Origin: Cylindrospermopsis raciborskii Cr2010
GTDB lineage: Bacteria > Cyanobacteriota > Cyanobacteriia > Cyanobacteriales > Nostocaceae
DNA length: 32,000 bases
Assembly (NCBI RefSeq): GCF_003367075.2
Contig: NZ_CP065936.1
Coordinates: forward strand, 2,970,001-3,002,000
Direction of reading: 5' to 3'
In this document: piece after piece, positions 23,748-32,000 of the stretch
Layout of the letters: every line of letters starts with the position of its first letter
How positions within the stretch are numbered: the first letter of the stretch is position 1
Program-made: the position numbers and the translations under genes
Notes under the pieces: generated by a model
Told to the model about the DNA's origin: nothing
The model's database searches: none
Seen by the model: only the letters and a program-made list of their open reading frames with translations

Positions 23748-24869
23748 TCAATAAGTATTTTTATATATATTTTCCACCTGCGATTCAACGGCTATTAAAA
23801 TTTCCTCCTGTCGCCAACCATAACTCATGGAAGCGGCTATACAAGCTGCACCAGCACCCACACCTTCCTTGACAAATCCTTGCTCATAAACTTGCAATTG
23901 GGGGTAAATAGAATTGGCAAAACTCAACTGTGTAGCTAGTAGGGGGGGAGGAATTTGACCTTGAGCAAACCTATTTTTACCCAAACTCAAAGCCAAATCA
24001 ATCGTAGCTCCAGTGCTATCCTCCACAACCCAGCGCGTTGTCCCCACTACAATTGCTTCCGGTTGCCAGGATAAAGAATGAACTTGTCCAATTGCCTGCA
24101 TCAATGCATAAACTGCTAACATCTGAGTACCGCCGCCCAGTATAACCCCACACTTGCGACTAGCAGCGATCGCCATTCCAGCTACTACTATTTGCATAGG
24201 GTCTCCCACTGCGGCCACAATTTCCAAAGGATCACCAAAACTACCTATCTTATTTAAACCAGATTGGACTACAAACCATTTTTGGTCATGATTACAAATG
24301 GGATGACTACTGTTAACCTTGCCAACTGCATCAATTCCCAAACCAGTTAGAACAGATAGAGCAGTAGTAGTACCACCAACAACGCACTCACTCAAAATTA
24401 AATATCCGGATGTAATATTAGTGCTAAGTTTTTCACCCCAGAGTAGTCCTTGTTTGAGTAAGTGTTCAACAGTACTATATTCTATTGATCTAGCCGTACT
24501 TAAACACCGAGCCAAGGTGCCACCTAAATCAATACAGGGGGGGGAGGGGATAAGGGGTAGACCCGCATTAAATAAATAAACTGGTATTTGTAACCCTTCT
24601 GTGACAGCGCGGGAAATCAAAACCGGGGAAGCACCAGCAATTAAGGGAGGTAGGGAATATTGAGATGGATGATTGGCACCATAGTACAAAAATTCAGCAT
24701 CTGCACAAGCAGTATATTTTCTATCCTCTGGGGTCAAGCCAGCAGCGGAAATACCTGGAATTAAACAGGTTTCTGTAAAACCTAAAACACAAGCGAAAAC
24801 CGGTGCACCGGATTTATAATCTCGTATCCATCTTTCACCTTGAGCAACTTGAGTGTAAATATTAATCAT
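23748..24869 (-). CDS. CobT-like phosphoribosyltransferase family protein (TIGR00303/UPF0284 type)
   Basis: FACVLGFTETCLIPGISAAG..PEDRKYTA.ADAE and ECVVGGTT fit the cyanobacterial/archaeal CobT-homolog family. Confidence 0.7.
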   Translation of the reverse strand: MINIYTQVAQGERWIRDYKSGAPVFACVLGFTETCLIPGISAAGLTPEDRKYTACADAEFLYYGANHPSQYSLPPLIAGASPVLISRAVTEGLQIPVYLFNAGLPLIPSPPCIDLGGTLARCLSTARSIEYSTVEHLLKQGLLWGEKLSTNITSGYLILSECVVGGTTTALSVLTGLGIDAVGKVNSSHPICNHDQKWFVVQSGLNKIGSFGDPLEIVAAVGDPMQIVVAGMAIAASRKCGVILGGGTQMLAVYALMQAIGQVHSLSWQPEAIVVGTTRWVVEDSTGATIDLALSLGKNRFAQGQIPPPLLATQLSFANSIYPQLQVYEQGFVKEGVGAGAACIAASMSYGWRQEEILIAVESQVENIYKNTY

Positions 24870-24871
24870 AG

Positions 24872-25552
24872 TTAGTCTTCATAATTCATTAATACTTGTA
24901 TCCAATGTGGCGGATTAGGTATGAGATTTCCCAGACGATCTAATAGTAACCATGCTGCCAAGTGGACTATAAACATATAGATTAAGTTATTAATCATAAT
25001 TAGTAGCAGTGCTGCTAGTTTAACCCCTAAAGCACTGGGAGTAGTTAATATTTGTAAATTAAGGAATAACCACTCGATAATTTCTGTAACCTGGTTAGTT
25101 AGATAAACCCATAAATCCTCACCGGATAAGATAGAAAGTAACCAAAGACGGAAAAACACTCCCAACGTACATAGTATGGTGCCCAAACTGATGGAAACAA
25201 CCCAAGGGACACGACGATGCCAACTTACTCCCAATAACACACCCAAAAAAGCAAAGGGCATAATAAATAGAAGACTCCGAACAGGTCCAGTCAAAACCGA
25301 AAGTAGCAATCCAGAGGTGATAGCTGCCATCCAAGAAGCACGATTACCCCAGCGTAGATAAACTAAAGCAATAGGAATTGAAAAGAATACACGTAAAACT
25401 GGACCCAAGGGAAAGTAAAAGTTTATAAACCAAACCAGAGCAGAAGTGCTGGCAAAAAATGCGGTTTCCACTAACCTCAAGGGTTGATCTGGAAGTTGAG
25501 AGGTTTTAGATTCTCGATCTGGCTGATCTGGTGGAGAATTAGCAATATTCAT
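24872..25552 (-). CDS. Integral membrane protein (DUF2232-like)
   Basis: A 226-aa ORF with about 6 hydrophobic segments, separated by 2 nt from the CobT-like gene. The family assignment is from memory of this conserved cyanobacterial gene pair. Confidence 0.55.
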   Translation of the reverse strand: MNIANSPPDQPDRESKTSQLPDQPLRLVETAFFASTSALVWFINFYFPLGPVLRVFFSIPIALVYLRWGNRASWMAAITSGLLLSVLTGPVRSLLFIMPFAFLGVLLGVSWHRRVPWVVSISLGTILCTLGVFFRLWLLSILSGEDLWVYLTNQVTEIIEWLFLNLQILTTPSALGVKLAALLLIMINNLIYMFIVHLAAWLLLDRLGNLIPNPPHWIQVLMNYED

Positions 25553-25601
25553 AGAGTGAGGAATAGTACAAGTGGGTGAGTGGAATTAAATATAAGATAA
25601 A

Positions 25602-25637
25602 CGTAGGTTGAGTTGAGGAGTGCGAAACCCAACGCCC
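25602..25637 (-). repeat. Isolated inverted copy of the GTTGGGTTTCG...CAACCTACG hairpin module
   Basis: The reverse complement reads GTTGGGTTTCGCACTCCTCAACTCAACCTACG, the same module as 4110-4140, 5378-5400 and 17540-17570. Confidence 0.6.
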
Positions 25638-25776
25638 CCACGGGTTACCCTACCACTAACCCATCCTACAAATAATTGTGCCTCCCTACTTACACGTTAT
25701 ATAATTAATAGCCAACATAATCAATATCCAAAGTATATTATTTAGTTAACGTAATTTTAATTTAAGGTAGTTTAAA

Positions 25777-28700
25777 GTGACCTCCCGCACAGATGAAATT
25801 GAAAGACTGATTCTGGATATTGATAACTTACTCTCTAATGGCGGTAACCCTTTAGCCAAATTGCTATCTGGTCAAGGACAGGATGAAAGAACCATTTTAC
25901 AAAGAATACGCAGTTTTCTGGTAGATCTGCGTGAAAGCGAGTCTATAGAAGAGGTTTTTATCAATGAACCCCAATCTACACCATTATCCTCTTTATTAAC
26001 AAGATATGTCAATAGAGAACAAGAAAAGTCACACCCAGGCTTGCATGAGCAGAAACAGGAAAATACAAATTTGCCTTCAGGAGAAATACAAGGGGAAATG
26101 ATGGGTTTATTCAAATCCCTACAGACTGAATTATCTACCATGTTGCAACAAAGGGCCAATCTGAGCCAGGAAATTAGAGAGTTAGAGCAAAAGCGTGGAG
26201 AATTTTCCCCATCGCAGCAATTAACAAACCAGGAACAAATAAAACAAATAATTAGTCAAACTGTACCAGCACTAATTGATCCTCTAGTAAAGAGTCTAAT
26301 TCCCTACTTAAATACAACTGGCAACAAAGATGTGGGCTTAAGCTCTGGTGAGAATAACCCAGGAATAAACAACTCTTCTATGGAAACGGTTCTAGGGTCA
26401 ACTAGCGGGATTGAAAGACTAGTTAATTTGACTAAGGATTTAGACCAACAGTTGTTATCTTTGGATGGAACTGTTAACGTTATTTTTCAAGCATTAGAAC
26501 GTAACATAAATTCTTATTATCAGTCCCTATCTCAGTCCCTTACCAGAATGCACAATCAGGGGATAGAGGGTGAACAATTAATGGCAGATTTTATCAAAAA
26601 TCTACAAAATAATCTACAAAACGATCCACTAACTTTCTCCGTGCAACCTACTAGTTCCCCTAGTTCCCATACTACAGAGCAAATTGCCGATTTAGGTTCA
26701 CCCCCAATCAATTATGAAAGTCCTAATCTGGAGGATGAAGTTGATGAACTTTATGCAAGTCTTTTTACCGATTATAGCAATGAACCAGTGAAATTATGGG
26801 AATCTTTATTGCCCGAGGATTCAGGGACAAAAGCAGAATTTGCTAGTGTAATTATGCCATCAGAACCTGAACCAGATAGTAAGGATACGATCGCTGTTTT
26901 GACTGATTTGTTGGTGGATGCTGATGATGCTCCATTCTCCAAGGATGAGGAAATCACACCAACCTGGGAGAATTTTGATCAGGATCAGGATTTTTCCGAT
27001 CAGGAAGAAAAAATTGAGGGGGAATTGGAAGTAGATTTATTTGCTGGTTATATTGCAACTTCTCCTCAAGAAAATCTTCTAGATTTAGATGATAGGGTTA
27101 GTACACAGGATGAAATACCAGATACATCTGAACTTGCAGATGCACAACATCTAGAAAGTGATAATTGTGATATCACCAGTTTTGATTGGGAGCTAGATTC
27201 CAGATGGGAAAATATCAAACAGGTGGAAAATTCCCTTTCTCTTACTAACTCAAGTGAGGATGGATTAGAGGAGATTGTGGATCAGGGAATGATGTTCTTA
27301 GAATCTCCCACGGATATTACTGCTATACCCACACCCGAAGAGTTCCTAAAACCAGAGGAAATAAATCAGGTTCAAGTATCTCAACCAACACCTCAAAAGG
27401 ATGAAAATTCATCTTGGTATTTGGGTATTGACTTGGGAACAACAGGAATTTCTGCCGCTTTGTTAAATCATGCCAAATTAATTGTCCACCCCATCTATTG
27501 GTCCGCAGAACATAAATCAGGTAAAACAACTTTTACCCAGTCTTTTCGATTGCCAGCAGAAGTATATCTACCAACTGGCTCTATCCCCCACTCAGAAACC
27601 CGGGAAAATCCCCAAGATATTAATTCCACTACGGAAATAGATAATGGTTTCTCCGTACCAGTGGACACAAAACCAGAACTTTATTCTACTCATTTAAAGC
27701 CTTTTTTACATGTAGGTGTTTCTTATAAAAACAACCAAAAGAAGTGGGAACCTGTATTGCAGCTGAACGAATTTGCCGCCAGTCCCTTAATTTGGGTTGT
27801 GCGCTCCTTGTCAAAGTTGTTGTTGACCCTAAAATCAGATCATACCAGCACAACGCCAGCTTTAAGCGCTCATGCTACAGGTATGGATAAAGAAGTTTTC
27901 TTAGAAGTTATTAACGATTTAACAGGTGTTATTTGCAGTTGTCCAGGTAACTGGTTAGAACAATACCGATTTAATGTAAGAGAGTCCATATTAACCAGTA
28001 AGCTAGTTTCCCATGGCAACCAAATATTTTTTGTGGAAGAGGCCATAGCCACCCTGCTACCTGAGCTAGATCCCAGTAGGTCAAAGCCAGTCCAGGTGTG
28101 GGATAATCAAGGTATCCACCCCCTAAAGACTACCTCTGGTCTAAGTGAGGGATCCACCCTAGCTTTGAACATTGGTGCAAGTGCTACGGAAATGGTACTA
28201 GTTGATCTTGTGGAGGATCTAAGCAAGTTAACCTACAAAAACTTGACCTTGCACAGTTTTGTCTATGGTGGAAAAGCAATGGAACAGGATATCATTTGTC
28301 AGTTGCTCCTACCACCCCAAACCCATGATAACATAAAAGGGGGCAATGGGGATAGTCAAAATAATTCATGGCATTGGCAACCTACAACTCCCGGTTTAGA
28401 TCGGGTAGAGTGGTCCAGCTTAAATTTAACGGGTTTGGAATTACCACAATTAGGTCAAACGGATACATTAGCTAGGACTTTACTACAGCAAAGGTTAGAA
28501 AGTTCTGTGTTGGGGCGGGGAATGTTAGACGCAGCTATGGCCATAAAACTGATTTTACAGCACCAAGTCTCATTTACTCTCAAATTGGCAGATCAGCATT
28601 GGAAGCTATATCGCCAAGACCTAGAGAGCAAAATACTTATACCCTATGTACGCCGTCTTAATCGAGAATTAAATAGACTATTAGTGGCCCGGGGTGTGCC

Positions 28701-29343
28701 AGCAGAGTCCATAGCTCAAGTGGTCATTTCCGGTGGAGTGAGCAGCATACCCACCATTAAGCGTTGGCTAGGACAAAAACTGCCCAACTCCAAAATTATA
28801 GAAGATTTACACCCCGGAGGAAATGGGTCTATTAGCAAGTGCAGTCGAGTAGCTTACGGTTTAGCTACCGCACTCTTGTATCCGCAGTTTCTAGAAATAT
28901 CTAGACAACAATATACGGATTATTTCTTGTTCTCAGAGCTATTAAACATTATGCCAGATAGCCCGACTACAGAAACTAACCTCTCCCTATCCCTGAATCA
29001 AATTCTGGAACTTTTGGAAGGTCGTGGGATTAATACCAAGGTATGTCAACAGCGCTTGTTAGCCTTATTAGAAGGTGAACTACCTGGTGGGTTAGTACCT
29101 ATTACTAAGAAAAACTCTCCCCCCAGGGATGGAGTTCCAGGGAGTTTTAACTATCTGTGGTTGACCAAAAATTCTCAGGAAAATCCTGATTATCGGGCAA
29201 TTTCCTCCACACCCTTGTTTCAAAAGCAGGGTAATCTTACTTATAGATTTGATGTTCCCCAAATTCTCCTGCTGCGTCGCTATCTTAATGCGGTTAAGGA
29301 CTGCTCTTTGCAGTCTTTCTCAGAACCATACACGTTTAACTAA
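25777..29343 (+). CDS. Large (1188 aa) protein: coiled-coil plus acidic low-complexity N-terminal half fused to an Hsp70/actin-fold (ASKHA) ATPase-like C-terminal half
   Basis: GTG start. From about residue 546 it has WYLGIDLGTTGISAA (phosphate-1 motif), LNIGASATEMVLVD (phosphate-2-like) and VVISGGVSSIPTIKRWL (adenosine-binding-like). Residues around 300-520 are rich in D, E, S and P. Confidence 0.7.
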   Translation: MTSRTDEIERLILDIDNLLSNGGNPLAKLLSGQGQDERTILQRIRSFLVDLRESESIEEVFINEPQSTPLSSLLTRYVNREQEKSHPGLHEQKQENTNLPSGEIQGEMMGLFKSLQTELSTMLQQRANLSQEIRELEQKRGEFSPSQQLTNQEQIKQIISQTVPALIDPLVKSLIPYLNTTGNKDVGLSSGENNPGINNSSMETVLGSTSGIERLVNLTKDLDQQLLSLDGTVNVIFQALERNINSYYQSLSQSLTRMHNQGIEGEQLMADFIKNLQNNLQNDPLTFSVQPTSSPSSHTTEQIADLGSPPINYESPNLEDEVDELYASLFTDYSNEPVKLWESLLPEDSGTKAEFASVIMPSEPEPDSKDTIAVLTDLLVDADDAPFSKDEEITPTWENFDQDQDFSDQEEKIEGELEVDLFAGYIATSPQENLLDLDDRVSTQDEIPDTSELADAQHLESDNCDITSFDWELDSRWENIKQVENSLSLTNSSEDGLEEIVDQGMMFLESPTDITAIPTPEEFLKPEEINQVQVSQPTPQKDENSSWYLGIDLGTTGISAALLNHAKLIVHPIYWSAEHKSGKTTFTQSFRLPAEVYLPTGSIPHSETRENPQDINSTTEIDNGFSVPVDTKPELYSTHLKPFLHVGVSYKNNQKKWEPVLQLNEFAASPLIWVVRSLSKLLLTLKSDHTSTTPALSAHATGMDKEVFLEVINDLTGVICSCPGNWLEQYRFNVRESILTSKLVSHGNQIFFVEEAIATLLPELDPSRSKPVQVWDNQGIHPLKTTSGLSEGSTLALNIGASATEMVLVDLVEDLSKLTYKNLTLHSFVYGGKAMEQDIICQLLLPPQTHDNIKGGNGDSQNNSWHWQPTTPGLDRVEWSSLNLTGLELPQLGQTDTLARTLLQQRLESSVLGRGMLDAAMAIKLILQHQVSFTLKLADQHWKLYRQDLESKILIPYVRRLNRELNRLLVARGVPAESIAQVVISGGVSSIPTIKRWLGQKLPNSKIIEDLHPGGNGSISKCSRVAYGLATALLYPQFLEISRQQYTDYFLFSELLNIMPDSPTTETNLSLSLNQILELLEGRGINTKVCQQRLLALLEGELPGGLVPITKKNSPPRDGVPGSFNYLWLTKNSQENPDYRAISSTPLFQKQGNLTYRFDVPQILLLRRYLNAVKDCSLQSFSEPYTFN

Positions 29344-29440
29344 AGCAGATTGGTGCAATTAATCTTCACTGCTGACTTTTTCACCAATACCCCCTGAATA
29401 CAGGTTATAATTTTTTTACGGAACAACTTTACAAAAATTT

Positions 29441-29761
29441 ATGCGTAATAATCTCGTGCAAGCCTTCTTTGTAGGTAGAGCAATAGCAGAAGTAATTAAT
29501 GAGCGTTTAGAGGTCACCCTGACTGACGCTTTAAGTGAACTGGGTAAATTTGATGCTGAGATGAAAGAACAGCTCCACCAGTTTACAGAAGAAGTGATGG
29601 CCCGTGCTAGTCGAGCAGCGGAAGCATCACAAACAGGTGTTACCCCCAGTAGTACCAATACTAGTACTGTAACAGACTTACAAGCTGAAATTGATGATTT
29701 ACGAGCAGAAGTTGCTTTGTTGCGGACTGAGTTACAAAAGTATCGCAGTGGGGCAAAATAG
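29441..29761 (+). CDS. Small conserved helical protein with a C-terminal coiled coil
   Basis: A 106-aa ORF reading [22 protein letters not shown], upstream of and co-oriented with the ABC1 kinase gene. Confidence 0.55.
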   Translation: MRNNLVQAFFVGRAIAEVINERLEVTLTDALSELGKFDAEMKEQLHQFTEEVMARASRAAEASQTGVTPSSTNTSTVTDLQAEIDDLRAEVALLRTELQKYRSGAK

Positions 29762-29890
29762 ATATAGTCCGGTCTGTTGATATACTATTAGTGGTGGGTC
29801 ATGTTTTAACGAAACATAGAAGTTTTATTGTTAAACTTGCCCCCTACCAAACCATTAAATTCTGCTATTCTTGAGAAAGCGGAGTGTAAA

Positions 29891-31621
29891 ATGAGTAATG
29901 CCCAACGGTACAAAACAAACTACAAAATAAATATGGAACAAGGTTATTCGGGTAAGGCTTACCGTTGGAATCGGGAAAAATACTCCAGTAAACGCCGCTT
30001 TGTGGATATCTGGTCTTTTGTCTTGACCTTTATGTTTAAACTTTGGCGGTATAATAAGGCATGGAGTTATCCTGGGGGTGTAACGGAGGCAAAACAAGCA
30101 GCTAGACGCTACGCCCAGGCGGTCTGGGTAAGAAATACATTTTTGGATCTAGGACCAACTTTTATTAAGGTTGGCCAGTTGTTTTCCACCCGTGCGGATA
30201 TATTTTCTAGCGAGTATGTGGATGAGCTGTCTAAGTTACAAGACCGCGTACCAGCTTTTGATTACGAACAGGTGGCCACAATCATTGAACAGGAATTGGG
30301 TAAAACAATTTCTGAACTCTTTGCCAGTTTTGAACCCATACCTCTTGCTGCTGCTAGTTTAGGCCAGGTTCACAAGGCTGAACTGCACTCAGGGGAAACC
30401 GTAGTAGTCAAGGTGCAACGACCAGGACTGAAAAAACTCTTTGAAATCGATTTACAAATACTTAAAGGTATCGCCTACTACTTCCAAAATCATCCTGAGT
30501 GGGGAAGAGGAAGAGATTGGATAGGTATTTATGAGGAGTGTTGTCGCATTCTTTGGGAGGAAATTGATTATCTGAATGAGGGACGCAATGCGGACACTTT
30601 TAGGCGCAACTTTCGCTCCTATAACTGGGTGAAGGTTCCTAGGGTATATTGGCGCTATACTACTTCTAAAATCATTACTTTGGAGTATGTTCCTGGCATT
30701 AAAGTGAGTCAGTATGAAGCATTAGAAGCCGCAGGTGTGGATAGAAAGGCGATCGCTCGTTATGGAGCTCAGGCATATTTACACCAGTTATTGAATAATG
30801 GCTTTTTCCACGCTGATCCCCACCCTGGTAATTTGGCGGTAAGTCCAGATGGAGCCTTAATTTTCTACGACTTTGGCATGATGGGCACTATTAAGTCCAA
30901 TGTTCGAGAAGGACTAATGGAAACCTTATTTGGCATTGCTCAAAAAGATGGTGACCGCGTAGTACAATCATTAATTAATTTGGGTGCGATCGCTCCGGTG
31001 GAGGATATAGGTCCTGTGCGACGTTCTGTCCAGTATATGTTGGACAATTTTATGGACAAACCCTTTGAAAACCAATCCGTGGCTACCATCAGTGAGGACT
31101 TGTATGAAATTGCCTACAATCAGCCATTTCGCTTCCCAGCCACTTTTACCTTTGTCATGCGAGCTTTTTCTACTTTAGAAGGGGTAGGAAAGGGTCTAGA
31201 CCCGGAATTTAATTTTATGGAAGTTGCCCAGCCTTATGCAATGGAGCTTATGAATAACAATAATGGTGCTAGTCAAGCAAACACTTTTTTAAATGAGTTG
31301 AGTCGTCAAGCGGTACAGGTTAGTAGTACCGCATTAGGGTTGCCCCGCCGTTTAGAAGATACCCTAGAGAAGCTGGAACGAGGGGATATCCGGTTGCGAG
31401 TGCGTGCCCTAGAAACTGAGCGTCTATTAAGACGACAAAGTAATATTCAAATGGGAATTAGTTATGCGCTAATCATCAGTGCTTTTACTATTTCAGCTAC
31501 TATCCTATTAGTCAATAGATTTTACTGGTTAGCTGCAATAGCAGGTTTAATAGTTACTGGTATCTCTTTCATTTTCTTGCGTCTAGTCTCCCGTCTTGAT
31601 CGTTATGATCAGAAGTACTAG
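29891..31621 (+). CDS. ABC1/UbiB/AarF-family atypical kinase with a C-terminal membrane anchor
   Basis: LGPTFIKVGQLFSTRADIF, AAASLGQVHKA, FHADPHPGNL and YDFGMMG are ABC1 signatures. There are two C-terminal hydrophobic helices. ATG 29891 is preceded by GGAG at 6-nt spacing and is preferred over TTG 29828. Confidence 0.85.
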   Translation: MSNAQRYKTNYKINMEQGYSGKAYRWNREKYSSKRRFVDIWSFVLTFMFKLWRYNKAWSYPGGVTEAKQAARRYAQAVWVRNTFLDLGPTFIKVGQLFSTRADIFSSEYVDELSKLQDRVPAFDYEQVATIIEQELGKTISELFASFEPIPLAAASLGQVHKAELHSGETVVVKVQRPGLKKLFEIDLQILKGIAYYFQNHPEWGRGRDWIGIYEECCRILWEEIDYLNEGRNADTFRRNFRSYNWVKVPRVYWRYTTSKIITLEYVPGIKVSQYEALEAAGVDRKAIARYGAQAYLHQLLNNGFFHADPHPGNLAVSPDGALIFYDFGMMGTIKSNVREGLMETLFGIAQKDGDRVVQSLINLGAIAPVEDIGPVRRSVQYMLDNFMDKPFENQSVATISEDLYEIAYNQPFRFPATFTFVMRAFSTLEGVGKGLDPEFNFMEVAQPYAMELMNNNNGASQANTFLNELSRQAVQVSSTALGLPRRLEDTLEKLERGDIRLRVRALETERLLRRQSNIQMGISYALIISAFTISATILLVNRFYWLAAIAGLIVTGISFIFLRLVSRLDRYDQKY

Positions 31622-31678
31622 TGATTACACATATTTTGATAACACACATTTCAAATATCTCAAATACTTGAAAAAACT

Positions 31679-32000
31679 ATGAAACTTAACTTTACCGGTG
31701 CAACCGATACCGGACTTATTCGTTCTCATAATCAAGATGCTTACTATATAGACCCTGATGGACGTTTTTTTATCGTTGCTGATGGTATGGGAGGTCATGC
31801 TGGAGGGGAGGAAGCTAGTCGAATTGCCATTCAAGAAATTCAAGCCTATTTAACAAACCAATGGGACTCCCCCGAAAATACCCAGTCTTTATTAAGATTG
31901 GCTATATCCCAAGCCAATAATTCCATCTTACAAGACCAACTTTCCCACCCGGAACGTTCCGACATGGGAACCACAGTCGTGGTTGTAGTTTTCCGTTCCC
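31679..32000 (+). CDS. PP2C-family Ser/Thr protein phosphatase, 3'-partial at the window edge
   Basis: From ATG 31679 it reads MKLNFTGATDTGLIRSHNQDAYY...FIVADGMGGHAGGEEAS...DMGTTVVV, with canonical PP2C motifs. It is absent from the ORF track because no stop is reached. Confidence 0.85.
   Translation, partial: MKLNFTGATDTGLIRSHNQDAYYIDPDGRFFIVADGMGGHAGGEEASRIAIQEIQAYLTNQWDSPENTQSLLRLAISQANNSILQDQLSHPERSDMGTTVVVVVFRS

Noticed and set aside
29828-29890. TTG 29828 as the ABC1 kinase start
   Set aside because: ATG 29891 has a GGAG 6 nt upstream and gives the usual length of about 576 aa. The upstream extension has no family similarity that I can recognise.

Overview
This is a cyanobacterial chromosomal window. 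The HIP1 octamer GCGATCGC occurs more than a dozen times by eye, and the protein families look Nostocales-like. Bases 1 to about 22.7 kb are a surface-glycan island of the pseudaminic-acid (nonulosonic acid) type. It encodes a class-III aminotransferase, a PIG-L deacetylase, a PseG-GNAT fusion, a formyltransferase, a small GNAT plus a PseI/NeuB-family synthase, a Wzy-like membrane protein, a HisH-like amidotransferase and a SAM methyltransferase. Mobile DNA has heavily reworked this island. A 1012-bp IS5/Harbinger-type IS is present as two full copies and two fragments, alongside a diverged relative fragment and an intact related IS. There are also two 1047-bp IS630 copies, IS1 and IS66 remnants, and a group II intron RT fragment. 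The GNAT+pseI module is duplicated (about 5.1-8.2 kb and 17.3-19.2 kb), and the first pseI copy is cleanly split by the IS with a 3-bp target duplication. Each duplicate lies downstream of an Rpn/YhgA-like gene that carries a DUF4351-type C-terminus. There are three such paralogs (one frameshifted) plus two remnants, and each is followed by a hairpin-rich, HIP1-containing repeat of about 200-330 bp. The most notable signals are three. First, a perfect 13-bp x3 tandem repeat sits at the PseG-GNAT/formyltransferase junction and sets the reading frame. Second, all three Rpn-like genes have a conserved internal Shine-Dalgarno+ATG at the start of the shared C-terminal module, suggesting an intragenic small protein. 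Third, several junctions look like IS-mediated rearrangements. From 22.7 to 32 kb the window is ordinary conserved cyanobacterial content: a GNAT, a CobT-like protein, a DUF2232-like membrane protein, an unusual 1188-aa protein with an Hsp70/actin-fold C-terminus, an ABC1 kinase and a PP2C phosphatase. No rRNA, tRNA or CRISPR array was recognised.
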